Source: Felis catus
Taxonomy: Eukaryota
Length of the DNA: 64,000 nucleotides
NCBI RefSeq assembly: GCF_018350175.1
Contig: NC_058368.1
Span: forward strand, 30,754,001 to 30,818,000
Direction: 5' to 3'
Of the stretch, positions 1 through 12,559 are shown piece by piece (the stretch's first letter is position 1; each line of letters starts with the position of its first letter). Made by a program: the position numbers and the translations under genes. The notes below the pieces were generated by a model. The model had not been told where the DNA came from. It did no database searches and saw nothing but the letters and a program-made list of their open reading frames with translations.

Positions 1-1210
1 AATTTAATGCACTGAAAGAAAAAAAGTGTCAACATGAATTTTTATACCTAGAACAAATATATTTCAGAAACAAGGGCCAAATGAAGGTGTTTCAGACACA
101 GGAAAACTGAAATAATTCATGTCTGTCTGACTTACACTGAAGAAATGTTTAAGGAAGCCATTTAAGCAGAAGGAAAATGATACTGGATTGAATCTGTATC
201 TTTTACACACAAAGTAAACATTTCAGACAATGGTAACTCTGTAGGTAAATATATAACATTACATATAACATTACCTCTTATTTTTAAATACCTTTTGTTT
301 TAAATTTTTTAATGTTTATTTGAGAGAGACAGAGCATAAGCAGGGGAGGGGCAGAACAGAATCTGAAGCAGGCTCCAGGCTCTGAGCTGTCAGCACAGCA
401 GTCAAACTCACAAACCATGAGATCATGACCTGAGCTGAAGTCGGATGCTTAACCAACCAGGCACCCCTAAATACCTTTAAAATACAAATAGAAATGTGAA
501 TAAAATATGATAATGTGTTATGAAGTTTAGTAACATATGCAAATACAAAATATATGACGGTAGAAGCACAGATCAGGACTGGAGAAATACAAGTATGCTA
601 TGATAAAGTTCTTGTATTCTATGCAGAGTGGTATAATAGAACTTGAAGAAACAATGTGCTAAGTTAAAGATGTAAACTATATCTAAATACAAAAACTACA
701 ACCAAAACAACAAAATAAAGTTATACATAATAAACCAACAAAAGGAATAAAATGGAATTTCAAACATACTAAATTGCAATGATGGCAGAAGAGAAAAAGG
801 TAACAAATATGTGAAATTATCAATGAGAAAAAAAACCACAAAAACAATCTATATGGACACAGATAAAATAAAAATAGATTTAAAAGATAGGCCATTTAAA
901 CACAGTCAAACAGTCAAAAGAAAGCTAGAGGAATTATATTAATATCAAGTAAAGTAGATTAAATACAAAGTATTGCCAGGGACAAAGATAGTTAAATAGA
1001 AACAGGCAAACAACAGAGAAATAGCAATGAAACAAAAACTTGGTTCTTTGAGAAGGTCAGTAAAACTCTAGCAAAAGAATAGGCAAAGAAAGGAGGAAAA
1101 AGAGAGATGACACATGACAAATACAAAGAATGAGATGGGGGAGTAGTATTAGAGATTCTACATATATTAAAAGGTAAAGGAATCTCTTGAACAAGTTTAT
1201 GTCAACAATG
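1..1210 (+). mobile_element. Old L1 (L1M/L1ME-like) fragment: end of ORF1, inter-ORF region and degraded start of ORF2
   Basis: A-rich plus strand with L1-like motifs (TTTCAGACACAGGAAAACTGA, GCAGAAGGAAAATGA, GGTTCTTTGAGAAGGTCAGTAAA); interrupted by a SINE at 296-467. Confidence 0.7.
296..467 (-). mobile_element. Can-SINE, internally deleted
   Basis: Reverse of GGGGTGCCTGG head, CT-rich body, T-rich tail; TSD TAAATACCTTT at 285-295 and 468-478. Confidence 0.92.
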
Positions 1211-1870
1211 TGTCTGCTTACATGATATGGGCACCATGACCAGAGCTCATAGTTGCTCCACATTCTTGTCAAAACTCGTTACGCCAGGCTTTTTAATTTT
1301 AAGCCTTGTCACAGGTTTGGTTGCGATGATGTAGACCAATTGGAACTCTCATATGTACTGCTGATGGAAGGGAAAATGGTTCAGTTACTTTAGAAAAGAG
1401 TTTGGCAGTTTCTTAAAATGTTAAACATAACTTTCCATATACCCAGCTATTTTTCTTCTATGTCCCTATGAAACCCTATGTCCATGCAAAGATTTGAAAA
1501 CAAATTGATAGTGGCATATCAAATTAGGTAGACATGACAGACCCTTGAAAGAGAAGCATATTTGTTTTTTTGTGTTTTTTTTTTTTATCTATTCCAAGAA
1601 TGGGTTTTTTTTGAAATTTTTTCACAAACAATTTTAATTTAAATTTTAGTTAATATACAGTGCAATATGCTTGAATTAATGAGGATAGACAACTACACTC
1701 CCTCCACTGCCGAGACAGTTGGGCCTTCGTGTGGGCCCGGTGCCAGATAGGATGCTCAGTAATGTGTTGGAGAGAAAGCACATAAACAGTGGAATCAAAT
1801 GATACCTAAGATCCAATATTTGTGCATAAGCCCTGGTGCCCGAATTGGGCCTCTTTTAGAAATGTGGCAT

Positions 1871-1928
1871 GCAAAATTATGGAAAGAGCCCAAATGTCCA
1901 TTGACTGATGAATGGATAAAGATGATGT

Positions 1929-1977
<49 letters not shown>

Positions 1978-2092
1978 GAACATATATATGTATATATATA
2001 TATGGAACATATATGTGTGTGTATATATATATATATATAATGGATAAAGATGATGGGATATATATATATATATACACACACATATATATATA

Positions 2093-2134
<42 letters not shown>

Positions 2135-2540
2135 ATGGAATACCACTCAACCATCAGAAAGAATAAAGTCTGGCCATTTGCAATGATGTGAATGGAGCTA
2201 GAGACAATTATGCTAAACAAAATAAGTCAGAAAAAGGTAAATACCATACGATTTCACTCATATGTGAATTTAAGAAACAAAACAAATGAACATGGGGTGG
2301 GGCCAAGAGACGAAAACAAAGAAACAGACTCTTAGCTATGGAGAATAAATTGATGGTTACCAGAGGGAGATGGTCATGGGGCAGTGGGTGAAATAGGTGA
2401 TGGGACTTAGGGAGGGCACTTGATGTGATCAGCAGTGGGTGTTATATGTAAGTGTTGACTCACAAAAGTTTATACCTGTAACTAAACTTATACTGTTTGT
2501 TAGCTACCTGAAATTTAAATAAAAACTTAGAAAGGAAAAA
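1871..2540 (+). mobile_element. Carnivore L1 3' end (5'-truncated) with A-rich tail
   Basis: GGAAAGAGCCCAAATGTCCATTGACTGATGAATGGATAAAG ... TAAAT AAAAACTTAG A-rich end, typical of an L1_Carn/L1_Fc 3' UTR. Confidence 0.88.
1931..2134. repeat. Compound (TA)n/(TG)n/(CA)n microsatellite inside the L1 3' UTR
   Basis: Directly visible; source of the spurious IY-repeat ORFs. Confidence 0.97.
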
Positions 2541-3855
2541 GAAAACAAATTGATAGTGGTTTTATGTACAATAGTCCAAGCTGGAAACACCCCAAATGTC
2601 CACAAGAGGCGGATGAGTAAAACTCTGGAATACCCATATAATGCGGTATTACATAAAAAAACACAAAGTGAAAAGAGCCTATCTCTGTAAGCAATAACAT
2701 AAATGAATCTCCAAATAGTGTTTATGGAATATGGAGCTAGACAAAAAGTAAGTCTATTCATTTACATAGATTTCTAGAACATGCAAACTAATCTATAGTG
2801 ACAGATCAGTGGTTGCCCGGGTAGTAGCATGAGGGTCATTACACAGGGACACTAAGAAACTTTTGTGGGTGGTACATATATATTCATATCTTGCACAGAT
2901 GGTTTTATAGGATTTGCATAAGTCAAATCTTATCAAATTATAAACTTTGAACATTTGTACTTTATATAGATTTTTTAAAAGTTGTTTAAAAAACTAGTAC
3001 AGCTCTAACTTATGGAGCCTTCAGGTGTTTGCAGTTCTACAATTTCCAAATTTATAAAATAAGCTCTGGAAATATTTTTTCTTAATTGAATCTGGTACAG
3101 GTCAGTCCCTCCAAAATCTGGAGCTCTTCACATAGTCTTTATTAAAGTGAAATAAGTCAGCAATTAGATGTTCAAGAATGAATGATGTTAGGTCATTAAT
3201 AAAATATACCATTTTATATGTTGATTTCAATTTTTTTATTAGTCATTTTTTCTTATTGTAATTCTTAAATAGCTTTTGTTTAGTCTTTATTCTGTTATGA
3301 CCAGTTAGTTGACATATTTGCAACTAATGCATGACTGTGGGTAGCAGTTTGCCTGCATAAAAATATTCCATTACTGCTGTATTTTATTTTATTTTTTTAT
3401 TTATTTTTTATTTTTTAATTTTTATTTATTTATTTTTTTACTGGGTATTTTAATTAGATGCTTTATAAAGCACTTTGGAATATATATTCTTAAAAAACCC
3501 CACATTACCAGAATTATAGCTTATGAAGAGATATATATCTAATTAATTAGTGTGTTTTTTTTATCCATGTTGCATTGTTATGTTCAATGATATACTTCTT
3601 AGTTTTTTTTCTGCTATAATAAACCATAATCTAATAGTTTGCATTTTTAGTTTTTATGGTTAAAATGATCTTTGATAAAGTTTTTATAACAAATTATATC
3701 CACAACTTGGGTGTTCTCATCTTTTCATAGTAGAAACACATTCATAAAGATAACTGATGTCAGTGTTTCCTCATGATATGTCTCACGTGACCTTAACATG
3801 GACTTTAGAGCAAAGGAAATTACAGCGATAGTACCCGATCTTCGAAAGTTTTCTA

Positions 3856-4081
3856 GGGGCTCCTGGATGGCTTAGTAGGTTAAGCGTCTGACTTCAGCTC
3901 ATGTCGTGATCTCACGGCTTGTGGGTTTGAGCCCCCTGTTGGACGCTATGCTGACAGCTCCGAGCCTGGAGCCTACTTTGGATTCTGTGTCTCCCTCTCT
4001 CTCTGCCCCTCCCTGTGCCTCGTGCTGTGCGCATACACGCTCTCTCTCTCAAAAATAAATAAACATTAAAAAAATTAAAAA
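3856..4081 (+). mobile_element. Can-SINE
   Basis: GGGGCTCCTGGATGGCT head, CT tract, AATAAA and A tail; flanking AAGTTTTCT repeat. Confidence 0.93.
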
Positions 4082-5189
4082 CAAGTTTTCTGGTTGGCAT
4101 TGTACATTTCTCTGTGGTAATTCTTAAAATAGATTAGAACAAGGAGATTATGGCGGACATGATACCAGTTCTTGTGTTTATGCAGCCCATAGCATGTTAC
4201 ATCCAAGGTGCTTTAATGGTCTTCTGGTAGAGTTCAGAGAAGAGAACTGGGATGACCTGCTAACCATGCTTTGGAGATGAGGGGGAAGAGAGGGATCTTT
4301 TGTGATTTGGCCAATAAGTATTTCTTTCTTTTTTGGTGACACTTGAGGTCTGGCTTTTAAAACATGGGGTGTGAAACGCTTGGTTAGAAAACGACTCCTT
4401 TTACAAAAATATTTGGGAAATTAGAATGGAATGATACTATTTTGACCTCTAGTGTTGTTCTCAGAACTATTGTCATTCTGAAATTTCACAACAGGGTTGG
4501 AAGGATTGAGGGAAGACACGAGTTAGGCTGCTGAATTGTAATATGTATATTAAGTATATCAACTAAGTCATGTTGCAAGTCATAAGCCTCTAAACTAGCC
4601 TTTCAAATCCTTTTCTGTGTCCTTCTCTATTGATGTCACTGAATCCTGGGAGACCATCAAAATTTGTTTGTTTTTTTTTTTTTAAAAGCGATTTGAATTT
4701 CTAAGTATTGACTAAATCTGTTTTCTCTAATCCCTCAATCTCAGTGTAGACCTTCATATTTTCTTCCTATAATTTTGCCGTCATCATTTAATTAGTCTTA
4801 CTTTGGGTTTGCCATCTTCAGTTTATCGTACGTGTTTCTAAAATGACAGCCTTATCTTCTTGATTCCCTACTTAACACTCTTCCATGATTTACAGTACCT
4901 ATGCACCACCCCCCCCCCCACATTCTTCCACCCTTGTCTTTAGCTAATTTAATAGTCTCCTAATTGGTCAATATCCGCTCTGGCTTCAATCCAGACCTTA
5001 TGCCATAGCAAAGCTACTGTGATATTTTGCAATCTGATTAGGTCAATGCTTGCTTAAAACTTATTCATGCTTTTAAGATAAACCCGAAGTTCCATGGCCT
5101 CTGGGTCAGGTTAGGTGTGGCACCTGCTCCATCACCTACCCTTCTCTCCTGCCACGTAGCTCTTGCTCTTTTTCCTTTTTTTTCCTATT

Positions 5190-5622
5190 CTGTTCTCTTT
5201 TCTTCTGGAGTATAGTTGACATACAATGTTACAATTGTTGACATACAATGTTGGTAACATTGTATGTCAACCTGGTGCCAGGTTAACAACATGGCAATTC
5301 AACAACTATGTATGTTATTTATGGTGGTCACACACATAGCTATCACCTGCCACCATATATTATCATTACAGTATCATTGACTGTGTTCCCTATGCTATAC
5401 CTTTTGTTCTCATGACTTACTCATTCCGTAACTAGACATCTGTAACTCCCATTGTCCTCACCCATTTTACCCACCCCCAAATCCCCTTCCCTCTGGCACC
5501 CATCATTAAGTGCTCTGTTTGTATAGGTCTGATTCTGCCTTTGGAGTAGGTCAGACAGAGACAAATACCCTGTGATTCACTTACCTGTGGAGTCTAAAAA
5601 AGAAAAGGGTGAGCAAATCAAA
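5190..5622 (-). mobile_element. L1 3' end (L1MA9/L1_Carn-like) with inverted 5' segment (5544-5622)
   Basis: 5190-5543 is the reverse complement of an L1 3' UTR; 5544-5622 is the adjacent consensus segment in plus orientation (GTCAGACAGAGACAAATACC...GGAGTCTAAAAA). Confidence 0.8.
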
Positions 5623-7993
5623 AGGTATTTCATTGGGTGTGTGGGTGTGATGTTGAGTCTTTTCTCAAAAAAGGAATAAATGTAAAGTTTTCTCATGATT
5701 GCCAAACTTAGATATACTTTTTGTTAGATGGAGAACAATGCTGTTCTATTTTTATAGAGCATTCTGTAATCTTTTTGACCTTTCTTGAGAGAGCAATAAT
5801 TGTCAAAATTACATTTATCCAAGAAAACTATGTAGAAGAAACCAGTTGAACACTTACAGTACAAGGGAAATACTCAATGACAAAAGTAAGGATTACACTC
5901 TTAGAATAAAACCTTATTTTATTCATCAGTAAACCTTATCGTATTCATACAATATGTCATTGAATAGTTAAGGTATGTGGGAGTATATATATCAGCTGAC
6001 ATTCTTTAGTTGTTTTATGGTCATAGCTACCAGAGGAAGCCACACTGGCACATTTATTCACACAAAGGCATAGACCCTGAGAGTCACAGAGCTCACAAGT
6101 TTCGCACTCACTTGTGCCAGAAAACGTAACTAGATTTTCAAGATTTTCTGCCAGTAAAATGTAGCAGCTTCCACGTGCATATTTTGAAAAGGAACATAAG
6201 AAAATGTCATCTGAAATTATAGGCCATCTGTTAAAGAGATAACATATAACCTATGGATCCAGAAAACACAGATTCTATTTTACTGTATCAACCAAATGTG
6301 GTTGATGTTAGTAAAGACAGAATCTCTGGTGAAAGGACTGAGACTAAAATTCATTTTGTACTTCAGAATGCCTAGACAATTTGCAGTTGTCACATTTTCT
6401 AGACAGCCACACCAACTAGCTGGTTGGAAGATAGTTCAAGGAACCTCTGGAATCCAGAAACAATGTATATACTTTTGCTAAAGATGTGAAAGCTCAGTGT
6501 GTCCTATTTATTTTAGTAAGTATGTTGAATTTTTTTTTTCAGTTCCAGAACTGGGTTAGTTGCTCATAAATACTCTGCGTGTATAAATAATAACTGTCAT
6601 ATAATTTCTTCCATGCTATCTTAAAGTGACAGGCCTAAAAATAGAATATCATTCCTTCCTATTTTGCTATTTCTGTATGCAAGTAAAATCAATATGCTGG
6701 CCTCCACTCCTCTAGATAATCTAAATTCTACCTTGAGATCAGAAAGTCTGTATTCTTGGATGATATTTATCTTAGGCCCTTGTAGAATTGCTACTGGGAG
6801 TGTGTTTGGTAATGTCATATTTTCACCTTTTATCTGGTAACACTACAGGAAAATACATTATTGCTACATTTGTTGCAGAAATATTATTGAGGCCATTGTT
6901 TGCTTTATGATACCAGACTGCTCTCTGACATAAAATTCAACCGGAGAAGCTTGAGTCAGCTGCTAAAATGCACATTGCTGCTTCTTACAACGTCAACTGT
7001 TTAACAATTTTTCTCAAAAAATCAAAAATATGTAGATGATTACCTCTCATATACATTTTTAAGTTTCTTGTTAAAATATTGGTGTAACTAATCTATTTCT
7101 TTACTTTATCTTAATTTCCAACTCTTACTTATAGCCTGTTAGATTTTGGCATAGTGGAGATCTACTTATGTGCCACTTGGTAAGAAGTCATGACTGATTT
7201 TTGAGTACTAAGGTTTATGGAAAACTGAATCCAGAGAAACTTAAGAGTTGTGGTTCTTAAGATGGCTCACCTATAAAACAGGGACATATTTTAACTGCTG
7301 TTTCTTTAAAAGTTCTTACTGTTTTGGTTTTTTTTTTCTTCCAACATCTTAATTATTTGAGGTTGTTTTTAAAGGAGCTGGTAGTTGTATAGAGGGTATT
7401 AAGTCAAGTAATCTTTTCTACATTGATAAAGATTATTTGTTGATTTGTTTCAACAAATGATTGGGCCTATCAGCTACTTGGTTTTTTTCTTTTATAGTAA
7501 ATGTTATTTATTAAGGCATAATTAATTTATACATAGTAAAATGCTGAAATCTTAAATATACAACAAGGTGGATTTTAACCTATGTTTACACATGTATCAA
7601 AACTCCTATATCTCCCCATCTTTTCAGTATTCTCTCTGAAAGGTACCATTATTCTGACAGCTATCACAATAATTTTAATTCCACCTCTTCTTGAACTTGA
7701 TGTACACAGAACCATACAGAAGTTATTCTTTTGTGTTTGGCTTCTTTTACTCAGCACAATTGTACTGTCTGTATTGTATTCCTTTTTATCTATGAGTAGC
7801 AAATTTTACAATTAAATTTATTTAATCTGCTAGTGATGGACATTTGGATTGTTTACAATTTGGCAATATTATGAATCAACCTACTGTGAACATTCCTGTA
7901 AAGGATCTTGTGTGGACACACTTACTTCTACTGAATATATATTCCTAGCAGTGGGTTACCAACTGGGTGTGTGTCAAACTTTATTGGAAATTT

Positions 7994-8136
7994 GTAGCTA
8001 TGTGACGTGATGGATGTCAACTAAACTTACTGTGGTAATCATTTTGTAATATATACCTATATCAAATCATTATATTGTACACCTTACACTAATACAGGTT
8101 ATATGTCAGTTATCTCTCAGTAAGACTGGAAAAAAA
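7994..8136 (+). mobile_element. Short L1 3' terminal fragment (L1MA9/L1_Carn-like)
   Basis: TATGTGACGTGATGGATGT...TGTGGTAATCATTTTG...TATCTCTCAGTAAGACTGGAAAAAA. Confidence 0.75.
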
Positions 8137-8299
8137 CGAACAGAGGTGATTGTACCATTTTACACTCATATCAGTAATATATGAAAATTTTAGTTGTTTC
8201 ACATTTCACCAACATCTGATGTTAATTTGTAAAATTTGAGATATTTTGGTGAGGGTATCTTATATTTATCTTAACATGATTTGAATTTTGCATTTCTCT

Positions 8300-8530
8300 G
8301 GGGGCACCTGGGTGGCTCATTTGGTTAAGTGTCCAACTCTTGATTTCAGCTCAGGTCATGATCTCACAGTTCGTGAGTTCGAGTCCCATGTGTGGCTCTG
8401 TGCTGACAGTGGGGAGCCTGCTTGGGATTCGCTCTCTCTCTCCCTGACTCTCTGCCCCTCCCCTGCTCATTCTCGTTCATGTGCGCGCTCCCTTTCTCCC
8501 TCAAAATAAAAAAAAAAAAACTTAAAAAAA
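8300..8530 (+). mobile_element. Can-SINE
   Basis: GGGGCACCTGGGTGGCTCA head, poly(A); flanking TTGCATTTCTCT repeat. Confidence 0.94.
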
Positions 8531-8713
8531 AATTGCATTTCTCTGATAACTAATCTTTGCATATGTGTGTTGGCAGAAGATATAGATATCTTCTTTTGTG
8601 AAATGTTTCTTCACTTCTTTTGCCCATTATATTGGATTGTTTGCCTTTTCATTACTGATTTATAGGCGTTAAAATTTTTTTCTTATATATATTTTAGGTA
8701 AGAGTTCTTTGCC

Positions 8714-9010
8714 GTGTGTGTGTGTGTGGTGTAAATATGTATGCATGTTATGTATATTAAATATGTTTATATATTAAGATTTTCTAATGTTTATGTGTAT
8801 ACATACATGAATATGAATATGCATGTTATGTGTTACATATATGTTTATATGTATATGTGTTATGTTTATGTTGTGTTTATATACTCATTCCCCATATGTT
8901 TGTAAATAGTAAATACCAGGTGATATGTGTGTGTGTGTGTATACACATATACACATATGTAGACACACACATGTATATACATGTATACATACATGTACAC
9001 AAACATACAT
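8714..9010. repeat. Degenerate TG/TA/CA low-complexity tract
   Basis: Directly visible. Confidence 0.85.
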
Positions 9011-10055
9011 TCCCTATAGGTCTGTAAATGGTAAGTTCCAAGTGATTTTGTTTTAACAATAAGCAATTTAGGAAAATCCCATATATCCTGCTAAAAACCT
9101 TTTTTCCCCCTAAGATGAAGTTCCTCTGTATTTTCCTTTTAGTAAATAGTACTATTAGCATGATTACAAATAGGTTTGGTCAGAGTTAATCATTTCTTTC
9201 AATATTCCTCAGTGGAGGAGTTAGGAATTCATTAGTAGTTCTTTCCTTCCAGGTTCATTGTTAATTCTAATTTCATTTTCAGTTTTACTCAATTCAAAAC
9301 ATTTCCTAATTTTCCATTGTAGTTTCTTTTTAGACCCATTAGTTACTAAGAAATTCATTACTTAAATTCCAAATACCTGGAAATCCAGGTGTCATCCTGT
9401 TACTGATCTATAATTTAGTCTGTTGAGATCAGAAAGCATACTCTGTATGACTTAAAGCCTTGAATTTATTGATTCTTATTTTAATGACCTGGTATCTGTC
9501 TCTTTCTTTCTCTCTCTCTCTCTCTCTTTTTTTTTTTTTTTGTGAATATTCCATGTGCACTTGAATGTGTATTAAGTAATTATTGGGTATAATGTCAGAC
9601 AGATATCTATTCATTCAAGTAAATTATTAGATTGTTTAAATATTTTGTAAACTTAATGATTTTGTTTGCTTGTTCTGTCTATTATTGAGGGAGTGGTGAT
9701 AAAAATCTCCAGCTCTGATGGTGGATCTATTTCTTTCAGTTTTTTCACTTTTGTTTCATGTATTTAAACCTATGCTAGTAGGTATATACACATTTAAATT
9801 ATTATGCATTCAAGAAGTAATACTTTTAATCAGTATGATCTATGTCTCTCTCAGAATACTCTTTGTCTTAAAATGTATTTGTTCTGATAATATTATAGCC
9901 ACAGCTGCTTTATTTTTCCGTCTATTTGTTTTCTGCATATCCAAACTTTATATTTGCCATTTATAAAAAGCATGTGGAGGCAGTTGGTTCTCTTTTTATG
10001 TCAATTTAACAGTCTCTTTTGAGGGTTGTGTTTATCTGCATTTAATGTGATTTTT

Positions 10056-10280
10056 CAACGTTTTTTTTTTTTTTTTTTTTATTTTTTTATTTTTTCGGAC
10101 AGAGAGAGACAGAGCATGAACGGGGGAGGGGCAGAGAGAGAGGGAGACACAGAATCGGAAACAGGCTCCAGGCTCTGAGCCATCAGCCCAGAGCCTGACG
10201 CGGGGCTCGAACTCCCGGACTGGGAGATCGTGACCTGGCTGAAGTCGGACGCTCAACCGACTGCGCCACCCAGGCGCCCC
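10056..10280 (-). mobile_element. Young feline Can-SINE (SINEC_Fc-type)
   Basis: Near-consensus and CpG-rich; TSD TAATGTGATTTTT at 10043-10055 and 10281-10293. Confidence 0.96.
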
Positions 10281-10571
10281 TAATGTGATTTTTATTTTGT
10301 TAGATTTAAGTCTGTTGTCTTATGTTTGTTTTTATTTACTCTACCTTTTCTTTAGTCCTTTTATTCTTCCTTGCCTTCCTGATTTTGGATTAATCAAGTA
10401 TTTTTTCTCTGTTTATTTTAAGTATCCAATCTTCTTTTCTTTATTGATTTTTTTTAGTTATCCTCTTATCTTACAGTACTAGAATTTACACTGTGCATTT
10501 TTAACTTATCCCAGTTTATAGTCAATAGATATTATAATAAGTCCTGAAGTATGTAAAAATTGTATAATGGT

Positions 10572-10754
10572 GGGATACCGGGGTGGCTCAGTTGGTTAAG
10601 TGTCTGACTCTTGATTTTGGCTCAGGTCATGATCTCACGGTTTGTGGGTTCAAACCCTGCTTCAGGTTCCGCACTGACAGTGCAAGGCCTGCTTGGGATT
10701 CTCTTTCTCTCCCTCTCCCTGCCTCTCCATCCTCTCAAAATAAATTAATTTTAT
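10572..10754 (+). mobile_element. Can-SINE
   Basis: GGTGGCTCAGTTGGTTAAGTGTCTGACTCTTGATTTTGGCTCAGG; flanking TGTATAATGG repeat. Confidence 0.92.
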
Positions 10755-12559
10755 AAAATGTATAATGGAATAATAACATTTAGCCCTTCCTCTCATTTAT
10801 GATATTATTGACATATTTTACTTCTCCACATATGTCAAAGCCCACAATACATTGCTAGGCTTACTTTAAATGACCAATAATTATTCAGTTTATTTTTTCA
10901 AAACAGTATCTTGTATGTAACTGCATACGTACTGTTTCCAATGTTTTAAAGTTTCTTCATACATGTATGGACCCCTCTCTCTATAATTTTCCTACAGCTT
11001 GAAAAATATCTTAGTATTTTTTAAAGTACAGATCTGCTGGTAATGAATTCCTTCAACTTTCTCTGTCTAGAAATTTCTTTATTTGCCCTTTATTTCTTAA
11101 AAACACTTTATCAAGTTATAATTTATGCATATACCATGAAACTTGCCCCTTTTAATTGTATAGTTCATTAAAGTTAGTAAACTTAGGGTTGTACATATCA
11201 CCATAGTCTACTTCTGGAACATTCCCGTCACCCTGATAAAATCTCTCATGTCCAGTTGTCACTATTCCCACACCGAGTCCTAGACAATCACTCTTTTACT
11301 TCCTGTTCCCATGGATTTGCCTGTTCTACACATTTCGTATAAATACAAGTATGAATATGTGGTTTTTATGTCAAATGAATCTCTTAGAATAATGCTTTAT
11401 GAGTTTCTTCCATGGGTAGTATACATCAGAATTTCATTCTTTTTTATTTAACATTATTGCATTGAATGGATGTACCACTTAGTTTTGAAATCCACTTACC
11501 AGTTGATGGAAATTTGGGTTATTTCTACTTTTTGGCTGTTGTAAATGCTACTATGAAAATACATGTGGAAATTTTTGGATGGTCGTATGTTTTCATTTCT
11601 TTAGTTAGGTATACAAAGCTGGAAGTGGTAGGTCATAAAATATACTTATGTTTAAAATGTTAAGAACCTGCCAAACTGTTTTCCAAAGTGAAAATGCAAT
11701 GTAATATTCTCACCAACAGTATATCAAGATTATTGTTTTTTTCCATGTTTTATTTTTTTGCCTCAATGTTGTTGAAGGATGTTTTGATGGATTTAGAACT
11801 AAATATCGGAACTTTTCCCTTTCAGCATTGAAAAACATGTTCCATTATTTTCTGTCTTCCATTTTTTCTTAAAATACATCAGCTGTTTTCTTGTTTTCTG
11901 GCATGTAATGTGAATTTGTTTTCTTTGGATGCTTATAAGCTTTTCTGTTAATTTTCAGTTATTAATAGTTTTACTCTAATGTTGCTGGATGTAATATTTT
12001 TGAAAAATTTAACGTTTTTGGGATTTGCTGAACTTCTTGAATGTATAGATTGATTTCATTTATTAAATTTGGAATTTTCACTTTTAATCTCTTCAAATAT
12101 TTCTTCTACGTAGGTTGCATTCCCCTCTCCTCCTGGGACTACAATTACACATGGGCTAGATCATTTGATAATGTCACTCTGACATTGTATCCTGTATATA
12201 CTATACATTAGTTTTTTCTCCTTGTTCTTCACTTTGAATAACTTCTGTTGATCTGTCTCTGAGTAAACTGATTCTTTTGTTTCACCCTGTGTGCTGTTCA
12301 GTCATCCAGTATATTCAGCATTCCAGATATCTTATTTATCAAAGTTAGAATTTCGATTTGTATTCTTTTAGTTGAAATTTCTCTTCTGAAATACTTCATA
12401 TTTCACCCTATTTCTCTTTTTCCACTTTATTTTTCACTTATTTCTAATAGGTATTGCATTAAATCAGATGCTTATGGTAACTATGAAATCTAAGGAAAAG
12501 TACCACCTTTTTCTAGCCGGTGTCATTGCGGACAAAGTTCATGTAACCTAGGAGCTTGG

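Larger units (their letters stand above)
1325..2990 (+). mobile_element. Old L1ME-like 3' region, split by a younger insertion at 1515-2540
   Basis: GGAACTCTCAT...TTTGGCAGTTTCTTAAAATGTTAAACATA before the insertion; continues after it as GCTGGAAACACCCAAATGTCCA...CAAACTAATCTATAGTGACAG. Confidence 0.75.
7490..8710 (-). mobile_element. Old L1ME-like 3' region, interrupted by an L1 tail and a SINE
   Basis: TGATGGACATTTGGATTGTTTACAATTT, TTGCATTTCTCTGATAACTAAT, TTCTTTTGCCCAT antisense L1 motifs. Confidence 0.75.
9240..12430 (-). mobile_element. Old L1M (ORF2/ORF1-derived) tract, with a nested L1MB-like 3' end at ~11090-11745 and two SINEs
   Basis: T-rich antisense L1 motifs (TCAGAAAGCATACTCTGTATGA, AGATCTGCTGGTAATGAATTC, TCCTCCTGGGACTACAATTACAC). 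Confidence 0.72.

Noticed and set aside
1231..1320. Short antisense L1 piece between two sense L1 segments
   Set aside because: Probably an old rearrangement, too degraded to define breakpoints or mechanism
1795..2220. Several overlapping ORFs rich in IY/YI repeats
   Set aside because: Translation of a (TA)n microsatellite inside an L1 3' UTR
9020..9030. 11-nt AG...GTAAGT microexon-like pattern
   Set aside because: Weak pyrimidine tract adjoining a CA/TA repeat and frame-shifting; shows such patterns arise by chance
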